A stretch of DNA of 35,055 bases from Nevskiales bacterium. Lineage in GTDB: Bacteria > Pseudomonadota > Gammaproteobacteria > Nevskiales > CAJXLF01. Under the pieces are notes generated by a model. It was not told the DNA's origin. It did no database searches and saw nothing but the letters and a program-made list of their open reading frames with translations. Where the stretch lies: positions 1 through 35,055 of the forward strand of contig JBFKKS010000001.1 in assembly GCA_041630955.1 (NCBI GenBank), in the 5' to 3' direction. The translations under genes and the position numbers were made by a program. Shown here one piece after another: positions 26,117 to 35,035 of this stretch. Numbering within the stretch: the first letter of the stretch is position 1; every line of letters starts with the position of its first letter.

Positions 26117-27574
26117 TCAGGTGAAAAACCGGATCGCGAACTTGATCAAACGCTTCACAAAGTTGTTATACGGCGGTGCCATCATGAGCGTCGAGGCAAA
26201 GATGTCGCGCACCACGGAACGTTCGTGCGAGAAGGTGCGGAAACCGTATATGCCGTGAGCCTTACCGATACCACTGTTATTCACACCACCGAAGGGCAGG
26301 TTGCCGTGCAGGTACTGCACCAGTGCGGTGTTGATGCACACGTCGCCGGATGATGTTTCGCTGATCACTCGCTGTGCGAATTTCTGATCCTTGGTATACA
26401 CATACAGGGCGAGGGGCTTGGGATTAGCGTTGATGTAATCAATCACCTCGCTGGTATCGGTGTAACCGAGTACCGGCAGCAGCGGGCCAAAGATCTCTTC
26501 CTGCATGATGCGACTGTCGGTTCCCTCAACGCTGAGTACCGTCGGTGCAACAAAGTTTTCGCCATCGCCTTTTATGCCACCACCAACGCTGATCGTGGCG
26601 CCTTTTTCAACGCTGTCATCCAGAATACCCTTGACCCGTTCATGATGGCGTTCGTTGACGATACGCGCATAGTCAGGGCTGGCTTCTTGCGCCTCGGTGG
26701 TCGCACCATAGGTGTTTTTGAGGTGCTCGCTGATCGCCGCCAGGAACTCGGCCTTTACATCTTCATGTACATAGACGTAATCCGGCGCGATGCAGGTCTG
26801 GCCGTTATTGGCAAATTTGCAGAAGGCGATGCTCTTGGCCGCATTCTTTACGTTCACGTGCTTGTCGATGATGGTCGGACTCTTGCCGCCCAGCTCCAGA
26901 GTGACCTTGGTCAGGTGCTTGGCTGCGGCCGCCATCACGATCTTGCCCACCGCAGGTGAGCCGGTGAAGAAGATGTGATCAAAGGGCAATTCAAGCAGGG
27001 CAGTGGTGGTATCCACACCACCTTCAAACAGGGCAACTTCCTGCTCGTCAAATAACTCACTGATGAGTTCCTTCATCAGCCGTGAAGTGTACGGCGTCAT
27101 TTCGGAGGGCTTGAGAATTGCCGTGTTGCCGGCTGCTATCGCAGAAATCAGGGGGGCGATTGTCAGGTTAATAGGGTAGTTCCACGGGGCAATGATCAGG
27201 TTGACGCCCATGGGCTCGTAGCGGATATAGCTGCGCGTTCCAAGGGTCGCCTTGGTCGGCATGACCCGCACCGGTTTCATCCACTGTCTGAGGCTTTTGA
27301 TGGCGTGATTGGCCTCGCCAACAATGGCAAAGATTTCGCCGATATCCACCTCGGCTTCCGGTTTCTTGAAGTCGTCGTAGCAGGCCTTGTAGATATCCTC
27401 GCGGCGGGCCAGTACGGCATCCCGCAGCTTCTTGATCTTGGCGATTCGCTCAGCTGCAGTGGAACTGCGCAGCTTCAGGGCGTACGCCTGTTGCTTGGCG
27501 AAAACGCGTTCTATATCGGCTCGAACCTGATCATTAAAAATGGGCTCGGCTAATTTTTGGGCTGCAACACTCAT
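26117..27574 (-). CDS. NAD(P)-dependent aldehyde dehydrogenase (ALDH3/coniferyl-aldehyde DH-like)
   Basis: The catalytic Cys context is NNGQTCIAPDY, the general-base Glu is in LELGGKSP, the cofactor motif is FTGSPAVGK, and EEIFGP is also present. GGAGG lies 5 nt upstream of ATG 27574. Confidence 0.9.
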   Translation of the reverse strand: MSVAAQKLAEPIFNDQVRADIERVFAKQQAYALKLRSSTAAERIAKIKKLRDAVLARREDIYKACYDDFKKPEAEVDIGEIFAIVGEANHAIKSLRQWMKPVRVMPTKATLGTRSYIRYEPMGVNLIIAPWNYPINLTIAPLISAIAAGNTAILKPSEMTPYTSRLMKELISELFDEQEVALFEGGVDTTTALLELPFDHIFFTGSPAVGKIVMAAAAKHLTKVTLELGGKSPTIIDKHVNVKNAAKSIAFCKFANNGQTCIAPDYVYVHEDVKAEFLAAISEHLKNTYGATTEAQEASPDYARIVNERHHERVKGILDDSVEKGATISVGGGIKGDGENFVAPTVLSVEGTDSRIMQEEIFGPLLPVLGYTDTSEVIDYINANPKPLALYVYTKDQKFAQRVISETSSGDVCINTALVQYLHGNLPFGGVNNSGIGKAHGIYGFRTFSHERSVVRDIFASTLMMAPPYNNFVKRLIKFAIRFFT

Positions 27575-27722
27575 GACCGCCTCCGGTTTTACTGGCCCCT
27601 GGACCGGAAGAACCGGGCAGGAAATTGCATCTGGATAGTACCGGGCGAAAAACTAAACGCTCGGTTAATTAAATTCAACTTCAAAGGATGACAGCCATCA
27701 GTGTAATTGTCCAGTTTGGCCA

Positions 27723-29036
27723 TCAGTTGGCGGGCAGTTCAATCTCGACCAGCGCGCCCCCCAGAGGGGATTTTCCAAGCCGGATGCGGCCGTCGTGGGC
27801 CTGCACGATCTCGGTTACGACAGCGAGGCCGATGCCTTGTCCCGGACTACGGCTATCGGCGCGAATCCCTCGTTGGAGTAGCGTTTCCCGGTCACTGTCG
27901 GGGAACCCGGGGCCATCATCATGCACTTGCAGGGAGATCGAGGCCGCTTGCTGGCTAGCCGTGATCTGGATGCGAGTTGAGGCAAAACGGGCTGCGTTAT
28001 CGAGCAAGTTGCCAAACACTTCCAGCAGGTCACCCTGCTCGAGACGAACCTGAGTAGTGGGGTCGACCTGGTTGTCGAATAGCAGTCCACGTTCGGCATG
28101 TACCTTGGATAGCGCACTGAGCAGTCGGTCAATGAGGGGTGCGACGGCAACCGGGGCGGCGAAACTGCGGCCGCTGCCGGCGACCGCCTTGCGCAGTTGG
28201 TAGTCAATCAACTGTTGCATGCGTTCCAGCGGTTCGGTGTCCAGCAATGGCTTGCCGAGTTGCCCGCGGATCGCCGCCAGCGGGGTTTTGAGGCTGTGCG
28301 CGAGATCGGCCAGGGCATTGCGGTAGCGTTGCTGGCGCACCCGTTCGTTACGCAGCAGTGCATTGAGTCCGCCTGCCAGTGGCTGAATTTCACTCGGGTA
28401 ATGTTCGCTTACGCTTTCCAGCTTGCCCGCCTCGACTGCACTGACCTCGCTGGCAAGCCTGCCCAGCGGCAGCAGACCCCAGTGCAGAATAGCCAGCAGC
28501 AGTGCCAGTAACAGCAGTGCGGCAAGGCTCAGGCTGAGCCACAGGCTTTGCCGGAATGCCCGGCGCTGCTTCAGGAAAGTGGCCGGCGATTCAATTACCG
28601 CGAGCCTGAAAAGCTGTTCCTTGTTGCCGACCATCCAGCTGAAACCGAAAACCAGGCTGAACGGTTCCTCACTGTATTGCGGTGACGAAAAGCGCCATTG
28701 CCCCACGTCGGCAGCCGGTACGTCCACGCTCAGGTCAAGGGTAGAGAAAGAGTGCCAGAGGATGGTGCCATCCCCCCCGGTGACGACCGCAGCCAGGCCC
28801 GAATCGGGCCGCTTCAGGCGTGGATCGGGCAAGTCCGCATCTTCAATGCTGACCTGCCCCGTATCGTTGATGTCCAGTGCGCCGAGCAGGGTATAGACCA
28901 GACCTTGCAGGCGGTCATTGACTGCGGCTTCAGCGCGTTGCTGGTCGGCCGCATCCAGCGCGAAGGCCGTCAGCAGAACAAACACCAGGAGCACACAGCC
29001 TGCGCTGAGCAACAGGCGGGCGCGCAGGGAGTTCAA
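27723..29036 (-). CDS. Two-component sensor histidine kinase (PhoQ/OmpR-partner class, periplasmic sensor)
   Basis: Two TM helices flank a periplasmic domain of about 150 aa. The H-box is LADLAHSLKTPLAAI, the N-box is FGNLLDNAARFA, and the G-boxes are DDGPGFP and GQGIGLAVV. There is a 4-nt overlap with the response regulator gene. Confidence 0.88.
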   Translation of the reverse strand: MNSLRARLLLSAGCVLLVFVLLTAFALDAADQQRAEAAVNDRLQGLVYTLLGALDINDTGQVSIEDADLPDPRLKRPDSGLAAVVTGGDGTILWHSFSTLDLSVDVPAADVGQWRFSSPQYSEEPFSLVFGFSWMVGNKEQLFRLAVIESPATFLKQRRAFRQSLWLSLSLAALLLLALLLAILHWGLLPLGRLASEVSAVEAGKLESVSEHYPSEIQPLAGGLNALLRNERVRQQRYRNALADLAHSLKTPLAAIRGQLGKPLLDTEPLERMQQLIDYQLRKAVAGSGRSFAAPVAVAPLIDRLLSALSKVHAERGLLFDNQVDPTTQVRLEQGDLLEVFGNLLDNAARFASTRIQITASQQAASISLQVHDDGPGFPDSDRETLLQRGIRADSRSPGQGIGLAVVTEIVQAHDGRIRLGKSPLGGALVEIELPAN

Positions 29037-29737
29037 GCCGTGGGGCTCCCGCCGTTATCCGGCAGACGCGGCAGGCGCATACGGTATCCCTGGCCACGCA
29101 GGGTTTCGATCGGATTGAGTTCGCCGTCGGGATCCAGCTTCTTGCGGAGGCGTTTGATGAATACCTCAATCACGTTGCTGTCGCGGTCTTCATCCTCGGC
29201 ATAGATATGCTCGGTAAGGCGGGTTTTCGACAATACCTCACCGGCGTGCAGCATCAGGCATTCCAACAGTCGGTATTCGTAGGCAGTGAGGCTGACTTGT
29301 GTGTCGTTCAGACTGACCTGCTGGCGCGCCGTATCCAGTGCAATCGGGCCACAACACAGGACCGACTGCGCCCAGCCGCCCTTGCGCCGCAGCAGACTGC
29401 GCAGACGGGCCTGCAGTTCTTCGTGGTGAAAGGGCTTCGTCAGGTAGTCATCGGCCCCGGCTTCCAGGCCCTCGACCTTGTCTTCCCAGTTACCTCTCGC
29501 GGTGAGTATGAGAATCGGGAAGTCGCGGCCTTCGGCGCGTACGCGCTTGATCACTTCCAGACCCGAGATGCCGGGCAGCCCTAGGTCGATCACCGCCACG
29601 TCTATCGGATATTCAGAGGCCAGGTACAGGCCTTCATCGCCATCCGGAGCGGCATCAACTACATAGCCCTGGGCCAGCAGCTGTTCAGTCAGCTGCTCCC
29701 GCAGTTCATCATGATCCTCGATAATCAGTGCGCGCAT
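29033..29737 (-). CDS. OmpR/PhoB-family response regulator (PhoP-like)
   Basis: The receiver domain reads MRALIIEDHDEL...VAVIDLGLPGISG...ILILTARG...GADDYLTKPF. The winged-helix output domain reads LTAYEYRLLECLMLHAGEVLSKTRL...IEVFIKRLRKKL...IETLRGQGYRM. Confidence 0.92.
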   Translation of the reverse strand: MRALIIEDHDELREQLTEQLLAQGYVVDAAPDGDEGLYLASEYPIDVAVIDLGLPGISGLEVIKRVRAEGRDFPILILTARGNWEDKVEGLEAGADDYLTKPFHHEELQARLRSLLRRKGGWAQSVLCCGPIALDTARQQVSLNDTQVSLTAYEYRLLECLMLHAGEVLSKTRLTEHIYAEDEDRDSNVIEVFIKRLRKKLDPDGELNPIETLRGQGYRMRLPRLPDNGGSPTA

Positions 29738-29756
29738 AGGTCAGACAGTCCTGACG

Positions 29757-30065
29757 TTAGCGTTCGGCTGGTACGTTGACTACACGTACCTTGCCTTTCT
29801 TGATGATCTTGACCGCGTAAAACTCACCGCCGCCGCGTAAACGTACGGATAACACTTTACCCGGGTACTCGCCACGTGCCCGCCGGACGGCTTCTTCAGG
29901 CGTGATCAGCTGGCGCTGACGAAGTGGTTCCTGCTTGTGCATCAACTGCATATGAGGTTGCTCAGTTGGCAGCTCGGGCAGGCGCAATTTCTTGGCCTGC
30001 GCGGGCAGGCCAAGACTTACCACCGCAAGAAGGGTGGCTAAGAGGCGCAGGCTAATGTTCCACAT
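29757..30065 (-). CDS. PepSY-domain periplasmic protein
   Basis: It has a signal peptide (MWNISLRLLATLLAVVSLGLPAQA) and a C-terminal PepSY-like segment, ITPEEAVRRARGEYPGKVLSVRLRGGGEFYAVKIIKKGKVRVVNV. It lies 19 nt upstream of the response regulator gene. Confidence 0.75.
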   Translation of the reverse strand: MWNISLRLLATLLAVVSLGLPAQAKKLRLPELPTEQPHMQLMHKQEPLRQRQLITPEEAVRRARGEYPGKVLSVRLRGGGEFYAVKIIKKGKVRVVNVPAER

Positions 30066-30095
30066 GGCTTCAGTATACCCGTCAAATCTAATGGA

Positions 30096-30644
30096 CTATT
30101 GCCGCGCTGGCGTAACAGTGACGTGCACAGGGATGCGTTTGCCAGGTTCATAAGGCAGGCGCGTGCTGTAGGTCTCGCCGCCGTATACATAGGTTACGTC
30201 GTAACCCTCAATACGCTCCTCGCGGCGGGTCTGGTATACGGTACGACAGCGGGTTTCATGCGTGGTGTAGCTTTCATCCCGTCGGTCCTTCTTGGCACTG
30301 TTGGCACCAATGGCTGCACCGGCCAGCCCACCGGCGACGGTGGCTGCGTCATTGCCGCGCCCACTGCCGATCTGATGACCGATGGCAGCACCAATGATGC
30401 CGCCCAGGATCGTGCGCCCGGTGGTGTAATCCTTCTCCACATGATGTTTGACCGGCTGCTTCCAGCATTCTTCATGCGGCGTGGAAACATCAACGTAGCG
30501 TACGATTGGTTCACTGCTCACGACCTTGGCATAGCCAGCGCGGTCACTGGTTCTGCCTGCCTCGTGGCTGGCAATGCCCGCTGTGCTGGCGCCAAGGCCT
30601 GCCGCAATCAGCACAACTGAGCGGGAAATCATCATTTTGTTCAT
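30096..30644 (-). CDS. Glycine-zipper 2TM protein, YcfJ-like
   Basis: It has a signal/anchor (MNKMMISRSVVLIAAGLGASTAG) and a glycine zipper (GGIIGAAIGHQIGSGRGNDAATVAGGLAGAAIGAN). The flanking segments YAKVVSSEPI...EECW and GYDVTYVYGGETYSTRLPYEPGKRIPV are collinear with E. coli YcfJ as I recall it. Confidence 0.7.
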   Translation of the reverse strand: MNKMMISRSVVLIAAGLGASTAGIASHEAGRTSDRAGYAKVVSSEPIVRYVDVSTPHEECWKQPVKHHVEKDYTTGRTILGGIIGAAIGHQIGSGRGNDAATVAGGLAGAAIGANSAKKDRRDESYTTHETRCRTVYQTRREERIEGYDVTYVYGGETYSTRLPYEPGKRIPVHVTVTPARQ

Positions 30645-30804
30645 GGCCGTCTCCTGTAACTGGGTAACTCGCCTGTTGCGAGCCTGGAGTCACTATAGGA
30701 GTCCGTGCCTGAATGCTGACTGAACGAACCGGCTGCCCCATTGCCGCGCCCCGAGGGGTTCAATAAGCGGGGCGACAGGCCACGTCGCAGGTCTGTCTGG
30801 GAGG

Positions 30805-31836
30805 TCAGTCCCCGGTAACGGGCTTGTCCCACAGGTGGGCAGCATATTTCTGGTAACCCTGTACGTTATGCAGGCGGGGATCCTCATGGCTGTCCATTGG
30901 AATGATCTCGCCTTCAAGCAGCGGTTGCAGATAGGGCAACAGGGCCGCGCCGCCGCCGCCGGTAACGATAACGTGGTCGATGTCCCAGTCATCTGCCCAC
31001 AGGCTGTTGACGTCTGAGGCGATCTGCCCGGCCAGCTGTGAAAAGGCCTGTTCCGTAATGCGTTTGAGGCCGTAGGTCTTGCCATGGATCTTGATCGCAC
31101 CGCGCTCGACTGCCTCGTACAGGCGATACAACTCTACATGCACCCCGCTTTTTTCCTGCAATGCATTGGCAATGATCTTGAAAGCCTGGGCGATGCCGGA
31201 TTCGGTGGTACGGCTGCCGCGTTCCGAGTAGTGGGTGCGATCGCAGACACTGTAATCGGCAGTGCGGAAGCCGATATCAACAATGCCTATTTTTTCCTGC
31301 AGGAAGCGTGCATCGTGAACCTTGCCCAGGTCATTCAGCATCATGTTGAATGCGGAACCGAAAGGCTGTGGGATGACGCGCAGTTTCTCGATGTTAAACG
31401 AGACTTCGGTCTGCTTGTTATGCGTGTCCACGAGTATCAGGTCATGTTTGCCGAGCAGCATTTCGGTCAGTTCGTCCTTGTGCCGACGGTAATAACTGAT
31501 CGGCAGGCCGGTAACCACACGCAGGGCGTCTCCGTCTGGTCGGAGGTTGGCAATGGCAGTCAGTGCAAGAATCTTGGCATAGCGACTCATGAGCTGATTC
31601 TGGTCGAGTGTGGCTGATCGCACGCTGCTCTGGCGCTCGGCCAGTTCGCCGACAAACCAGGCCTTGCCCTCGGTAATGATATGCAGGTTGGTGACGCGCT
31701 CTTCCTGGTTGCGGATCAGGTCCTCGTGAAACTGCACATCGCTTGCCTCACCGATGACAGATTTGAATACACGCCAGTCATGGCCGTTGGTGACCTTGGT
31801 AAAGCCGAAGCCTATGTCGATGCCGTATGTCTGCAC
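30805..31836 (-). CDS. ParM/StbA-like actin-family ATPase (chromosomal, no ParR/parC partner seen)
   Basis: GTG start at 31836, with AGGAG 5 nt upstream (CTCCT at 31842-31846 on the + strand). Actin-fold motifs are phosphate-1 YGIDIGFGFTK, phosphate-2 IGIVDIGFRTADY and adenosine VIVTGGGGA. Confidence 0.75.
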   Translation of the reverse strand: MQTYGIDIGFGFTKVTNGHDWRVFKSVIGEASDVQFHEDLIRNQEERVTNLHIITEGKAWFVGELAERQSSVRSATLDQNQLMSRYAKILALTAIANLRPDGDALRVVTGLPISYYRRHKDELTEMLLGKHDLILVDTHNKQTEVSFNIEKLRVIPQPFGSAFNMMLNDLGKVHDARFLQEKIGIVDIGFRTADYSVCDRTHYSERGSRTTESGIAQAFKIIANALQEKSGVHVELYRLYEAVERGAIKIHGKTYGLKRITEQAFSQLAGQIASDVNSLWADDWDIDHVIVTGGGGAALLPYLQPLLEGEIIPMDSHEDPRLHNVQGYQKYAAHLWDKPVTGD

Positions 31837-31928
31837 GCTATCTCCTAATGATGATTACATTCACGGGGCAATCCCCGCAGTTGCTGCGTGGCCCGTATAA
31901 TGGCCGCCCGAACGGTTACTGCGCAAGG

Positions 31929-33605
31929 ATGTACAAAGAATACTTTGGTCTCCGGGATGTTCCCTTCTCGATTACCCCGGACCCCCGCTACGTCTACATG
32001 AGCCCCCACCACAGGGAGGCGCTGGGTCACCTGCTGTATGGCACCGGTGAAGATGGCGGCTTTGTGCAGATTACAGGAGAGGTGGGGACCGGCAAGACAA
32101 CCCTTATACGTACGTTGCTGGAACAGCAGCTGCCAGAGGTGGATGTGGCGCTGATCCTGAATCCGCGCCTCAATGTCCCCGAATTCCTGGCCGCGATCTG
32201 CGACGAATTGCGCGTGGCCAACCCGCGGCCAGCCGCCAGCCTCAAGCAGCTGGTCGATGCGCTCAATGCGCATCTGCTCAAGACCCATGCGCTGGGCAAG
32301 CGCACGGTGCTGATCGTGGACGAGGCTCAGCATCTCAGTCGTGATGTGCTGGAGCAGGTGCGCCTGCTGACCAACCTGGAAACCCATCGACACAAGCTGC
32401 TGCGCATCATGCTGGTGGGACAACCGGAACTGCGTGACCTGCTGGCCCGCAAAGACCTGCGCCAATTGGCCCAGCGCATCACGGCACGTTATCACCTCGC
32501 CAGTCTGAATCGTCAGCAAACCCGCGAGTATGTCATGCACCGCCTGCAGGTTGCTGGCGGCAAGCCAGCGCTGTTTACTAATGCCGCCTTACGCGACATT
32601 TACCGGCTCACACACGGCACCCCACGCCTGATCAACATCATCTGTGACCGGGCCCTGCTGGGCGCCTACGGGCAGGGCAAACCACAGGTTACGCGTGCCA
32701 TTCTGCGCCATGCTGCCCAGGAGGTGCTGGACCAGGGCGCGCGCTCGAGACGTGAAGGCAGAGTGTCTGAACTATGGCCCTGGCTGGCGATGTTGGGCGC
32801 CTCAGTAGCCCTGGGAGCCAGCCTCTACCTGGGCAAGCCTTACCTGGATCGTGTGTTACCGGCCGAGGCGGCAGCGGTGACGGCAGCCGATGACAGTCAG
32901 ACAAACCCCGAGCCCGTGGTTCCTCAGTCCGTAGCGGTGGTACCGCCGCCCACAGCTGAACCCGCACCGCCGTCGGCCGTACCCGGACCAGAGCCAACCA
33001 GGCCGGAGTACTGGCTGGCTGAAGCTGCAGCCCTGACCCAGCTCGCCAACCTCTGGGGTGTCAAGATGGCAGACGGGGATGGCATTCAATGCATGGATCT
33101 GAACAGCCGTGGGCTGCGTTGTCTATCGGGTTCAGCAGGCTGGTCGGAGTTGCGCGGCTTCAACCTGCCGGTCACGCTGACCTTGAACACTCCCGATGGT
33201 AATGCCTATGTTGCTGTTCGACGTCTTGAGTCAGGCAATGCCCTGCTGTTGAGTGACCGGGGCGAGACCACCGTGTCGATTGGCAGTCTCAGTGAACAGT
33301 GGACAGGGGACTTCCAGATCATCTGGCGGCCTCAGGTCAAGGCGACCTATATTGGACCCGATTCAGAGCAGAGCGCGATTCGCTGGCTTTTGAAGCGGCT
33401 GGAAATAGCCGAGGGTTCCGCTGCGGGGATTGTCAGCTTGCCTTACCGCTATGATGCCGCCGTGCGCGAGCGGGTACGGCGATTCCAGGACAGTCGCGGT
33501 CTTGAGGCCGATGGACTGGTGGGTGCACGCACCATGATTCACCTGAATGCCTTGGCACCGGAGGCTGGGGCGCCGGTGCTGGTGGCGAAGGCGGGTAAGG
33601 GCTGA
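31929..33605 (+). CDS. gspA: ExeA/GspA-type AAA ATPase with C-terminal peptidoglycan-binding domain
   Basis: MYKEYFGLRDVPFSITPDP is the typical ExeA start. Walker A is GEVGTGKTT and Walker B is VLIVDEAQ. A TM segment (WPWLAMLGASVALGASLYL) is followed by a Pro-rich linker. The PG_binding_1-like end reads RVRRFQDSRGLEADGLVGARTMIHLN. The ORF-track extension to 31827 overlaps the divergent gene and is not credible. Confidence 0.85.
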   Translation: MYKEYFGLRDVPFSITPDPRYVYMSPHHREALGHLLYGTGEDGGFVQITGEVGTGKTTLIRTLLEQQLPEVDVALILNPRLNVPEFLAAICDELRVANPRPAASLKQLVDALNAHLLKTHALGKRTVLIVDEAQHLSRDVLEQVRLLTNLETHRHKLLRIMLVGQPELRDLLARKDLRQLAQRITARYHLASLNRQQTREYVMHRLQVAGGKPALFTNAALRDIYRLTHGTPRLINIICDRALLGAYGQGKPQVTRAILRHAAQEVLDQGARSRREGRVSELWPWLAMLGASVALGASLYLGKPYLDRVLPAEAAAVTAADDSQTNPEPVVPQSVAVVPPPTAEPAPPSAVPGPEPTRPEYWLAEAAALTQLANLWGVKMADGDGIQCMDLNSRGLRCLSGSAGWSELRGFNLPVTLTLNTPDGNAYVAVRRLESGNALLLSDRGETTVSIGSLSEQWTGDFQIIWRPQVKATYIGPDSEQSAIRWLLKRLEIAEGSAAGIVSLPYRYDAAVRERVRRFQDSRGLEADGLVGARTMIHLNALAPEAGAPVLVAKAGKG

Positions 33606-34474
33606 TGTCATATATTCTTGATGCCCTGCAGCGCGCAGACCAGGAGCGCAACCTCGGTGAGGTGCCCAAGCTTGATATGGCCCTGCAGCCGGCCCGGGCG
33701 GGACAGCGCCAGAGCCGTTGGCCGACCGCAGTGCTGGTCCTGATCATTGCCAGCCTGGTGGCTACCATTGGCTGGCTGGTCGAGCGGGGCGTGTTGGATG
33801 ACCTGATTGGCGAGGAGGCGCAGTCCCAGGTAACGGCACAAGCATCGCAACAAACACCACCCTTACAGACAGCCGTAGCTGCCCCGACCCGGGCAGTGGC
33901 AAATGAACCGCCTGTTGTTGCTCCGCTCGCTGAACAGCCAGCCAGGCCCGTGGCCGATAATTCTCTCGAGCCGTCGACATTGGCGGCGCCGGTTTCACAA
34001 TCGCCGGCTGAGCAGGCCAGACAGCCCGAAGCTGCACGCTCGGCATTGCCCGCAACGTCCAAAGACAGGCCAGCGCCAGCAGTGGTTGCAGAGCCGCAAG
34101 CGGTCAAACCCGCTGTGCCGGGGGAGGATAAGCGCTCGCCGCGGCTGCCCACACCGACGGTGGCACCGGCACCGCCACCGAACTGGGCGCGAAATGGCCA
34201 GGCCCGGGAAACGGCAGAGCAAGATGCGCCTCCTCGTCAGCCGTTGATCTCTTATCTGGGGCTGCCCAAGACCACGCGCGACAGCATGCCTGCCCTGAAT
34301 ATGAATGCACATGTGTTCAGCACCAACCCGTCTCGCAGTTTTGTACTCATTAACACCAAGCGCTATCGCATCGGCGATTATCTGGCTGAAGGGCCGGAAT
34401 TGGTCGATATCCTGCCCGACGGCGCGGTGCTTGAGCATCGGGGCAAGCAGTTTCTGTTACCGGTCCAGAGATAG
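33605..34474 (+). CDS. gspB: GspB/ExeB-like general secretion pathway protein B
   Basis: The ATG overlaps the gspA TGA (ATGA-type coupling at 33603-33607). It has an MSYILDALQRADQERN start, one TM helix (WPTAVLVLIIASLVATIGWLV) and a long Pro/Ala-rich linker. The C-terminal domain reads LNMNAHVFSTNPSRSFVLINTKRYRIGDYL...ILPDGAVLEHRGKQFLL. Confidence 0.8.
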   Translation: MSYILDALQRADQERNLGEVPKLDMALQPARAGQRQSRWPTAVLVLIIASLVATIGWLVERGVLDDLIGEEAQSQVTAQASQQTPPLQTAVAAPTRAVANEPPVVAPLAEQPARPVADNSLEPSTLAAPVSQSPAEQARQPEAARSALPATSKDRPAPAVVAEPQAVKPAVPGEDKRSPRLPTPTVAPAPPPNWARNGQARETAEQDAPPRQPLISYLGLPKTTRDSMPALNMNAHVFSTNPSRSFVLINTKRYRIGDYLAEGPELVDILPDGAVLEHRGKQFLLPVQR

Positions 34475-34483
34475 CAGGTTCCC

Positions 34484-35035
34484 ATGAAGATCTATACCCG
34501 AGGCGGTGATAAAGGCACGACCCAGCTACTGAGTGTGGGGCGGGTGCCAAAGGACCATCTGCGCCTGCAGGCCTATGGCGATATCGATGAATTAAACAGC
34601 GTGCTTGGCCTGGCCGCAGCAGCCGGGCTGGATGAGCCCCTGGCAGGTTGGATTCCGACGCTGCAGGATCGCCTTTTTGTGCTCGGGTCCGAAGTGGCCG
34701 TGCCGCAGCCGGAAACACTCAACATGAAGATTCCGCAGATTCAGGGCCAGCACACCACGGAACTGGAAAACTGGATTGATCAGCTTGATGCCGAGTTGCC
34801 AAAACTCACCCAGTTCATTCTGCCCGGTGGCTGCGAAACCGCCGCCCGCCTGCATGTCGCAAGAACTGTATGCCGACGTGCTGAACGGGGTTTGCAGAGC
34901 CTGAATGCGGCAGAATCCTTGCGCCCCGAAGTGCCGGGCTATATCAACCGCCTCAGCGACCTGCTGTTCCAGATGGCGCGCTACGAGAATTTGAAGAAGG
35001 GCGTAGCCGATATTCCCTGGGATTCAGGCCGCTAA
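34484..35035 (+). CDS. PduO-type ATP:cob(I)alamin adenosyltransferase
   Basis: The N-terminus MKIYTRGGDKGTTQLLSVGRVPKDHLRLQAYGDIDELNSVLG is the hallmark of PduO/MMAB-type adenosyltransferases. The C-terminal ARTVCRRAER and YINRLSDLLF helices also match. Confidence 0.9.
   Translation: MKIYTRGGDKGTTQLLSVGRVPKDHLRLQAYGDIDELNSVLGLAAAAGLDEPLAGWIPTLQDRLFVLGSEVAVPQPETLNMKIPQIQGQHTTELENWIDQLDAELPKLTQFILPGGCETAARLHVARTVCRRAERGLQSLNAAESLRPEVPGYINRLSDLLFQMARYENLKKGVADIPWDSGR

Noticed and set aside
31827-31928. An N-terminal extension of gspA offered by the ORF track (MSARYLLMMITFTG...).
   Set aside because: It would overlap the start and SD of the divergent ParM-like gene. ExeA/GspA proteins characteristically begin at MY..(Y/F)FGL, which matches ATG 31929.
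33433-34152. A 239-aa reverse ORF, plus several others, across the gspA 3' end and gspB.
   Set aside because: They arise from the Pro/Ala-rich, GC-rich linker-coding regions of gspA and gspB. The forward frame has the conserved GspB N- and C-terminal segments.
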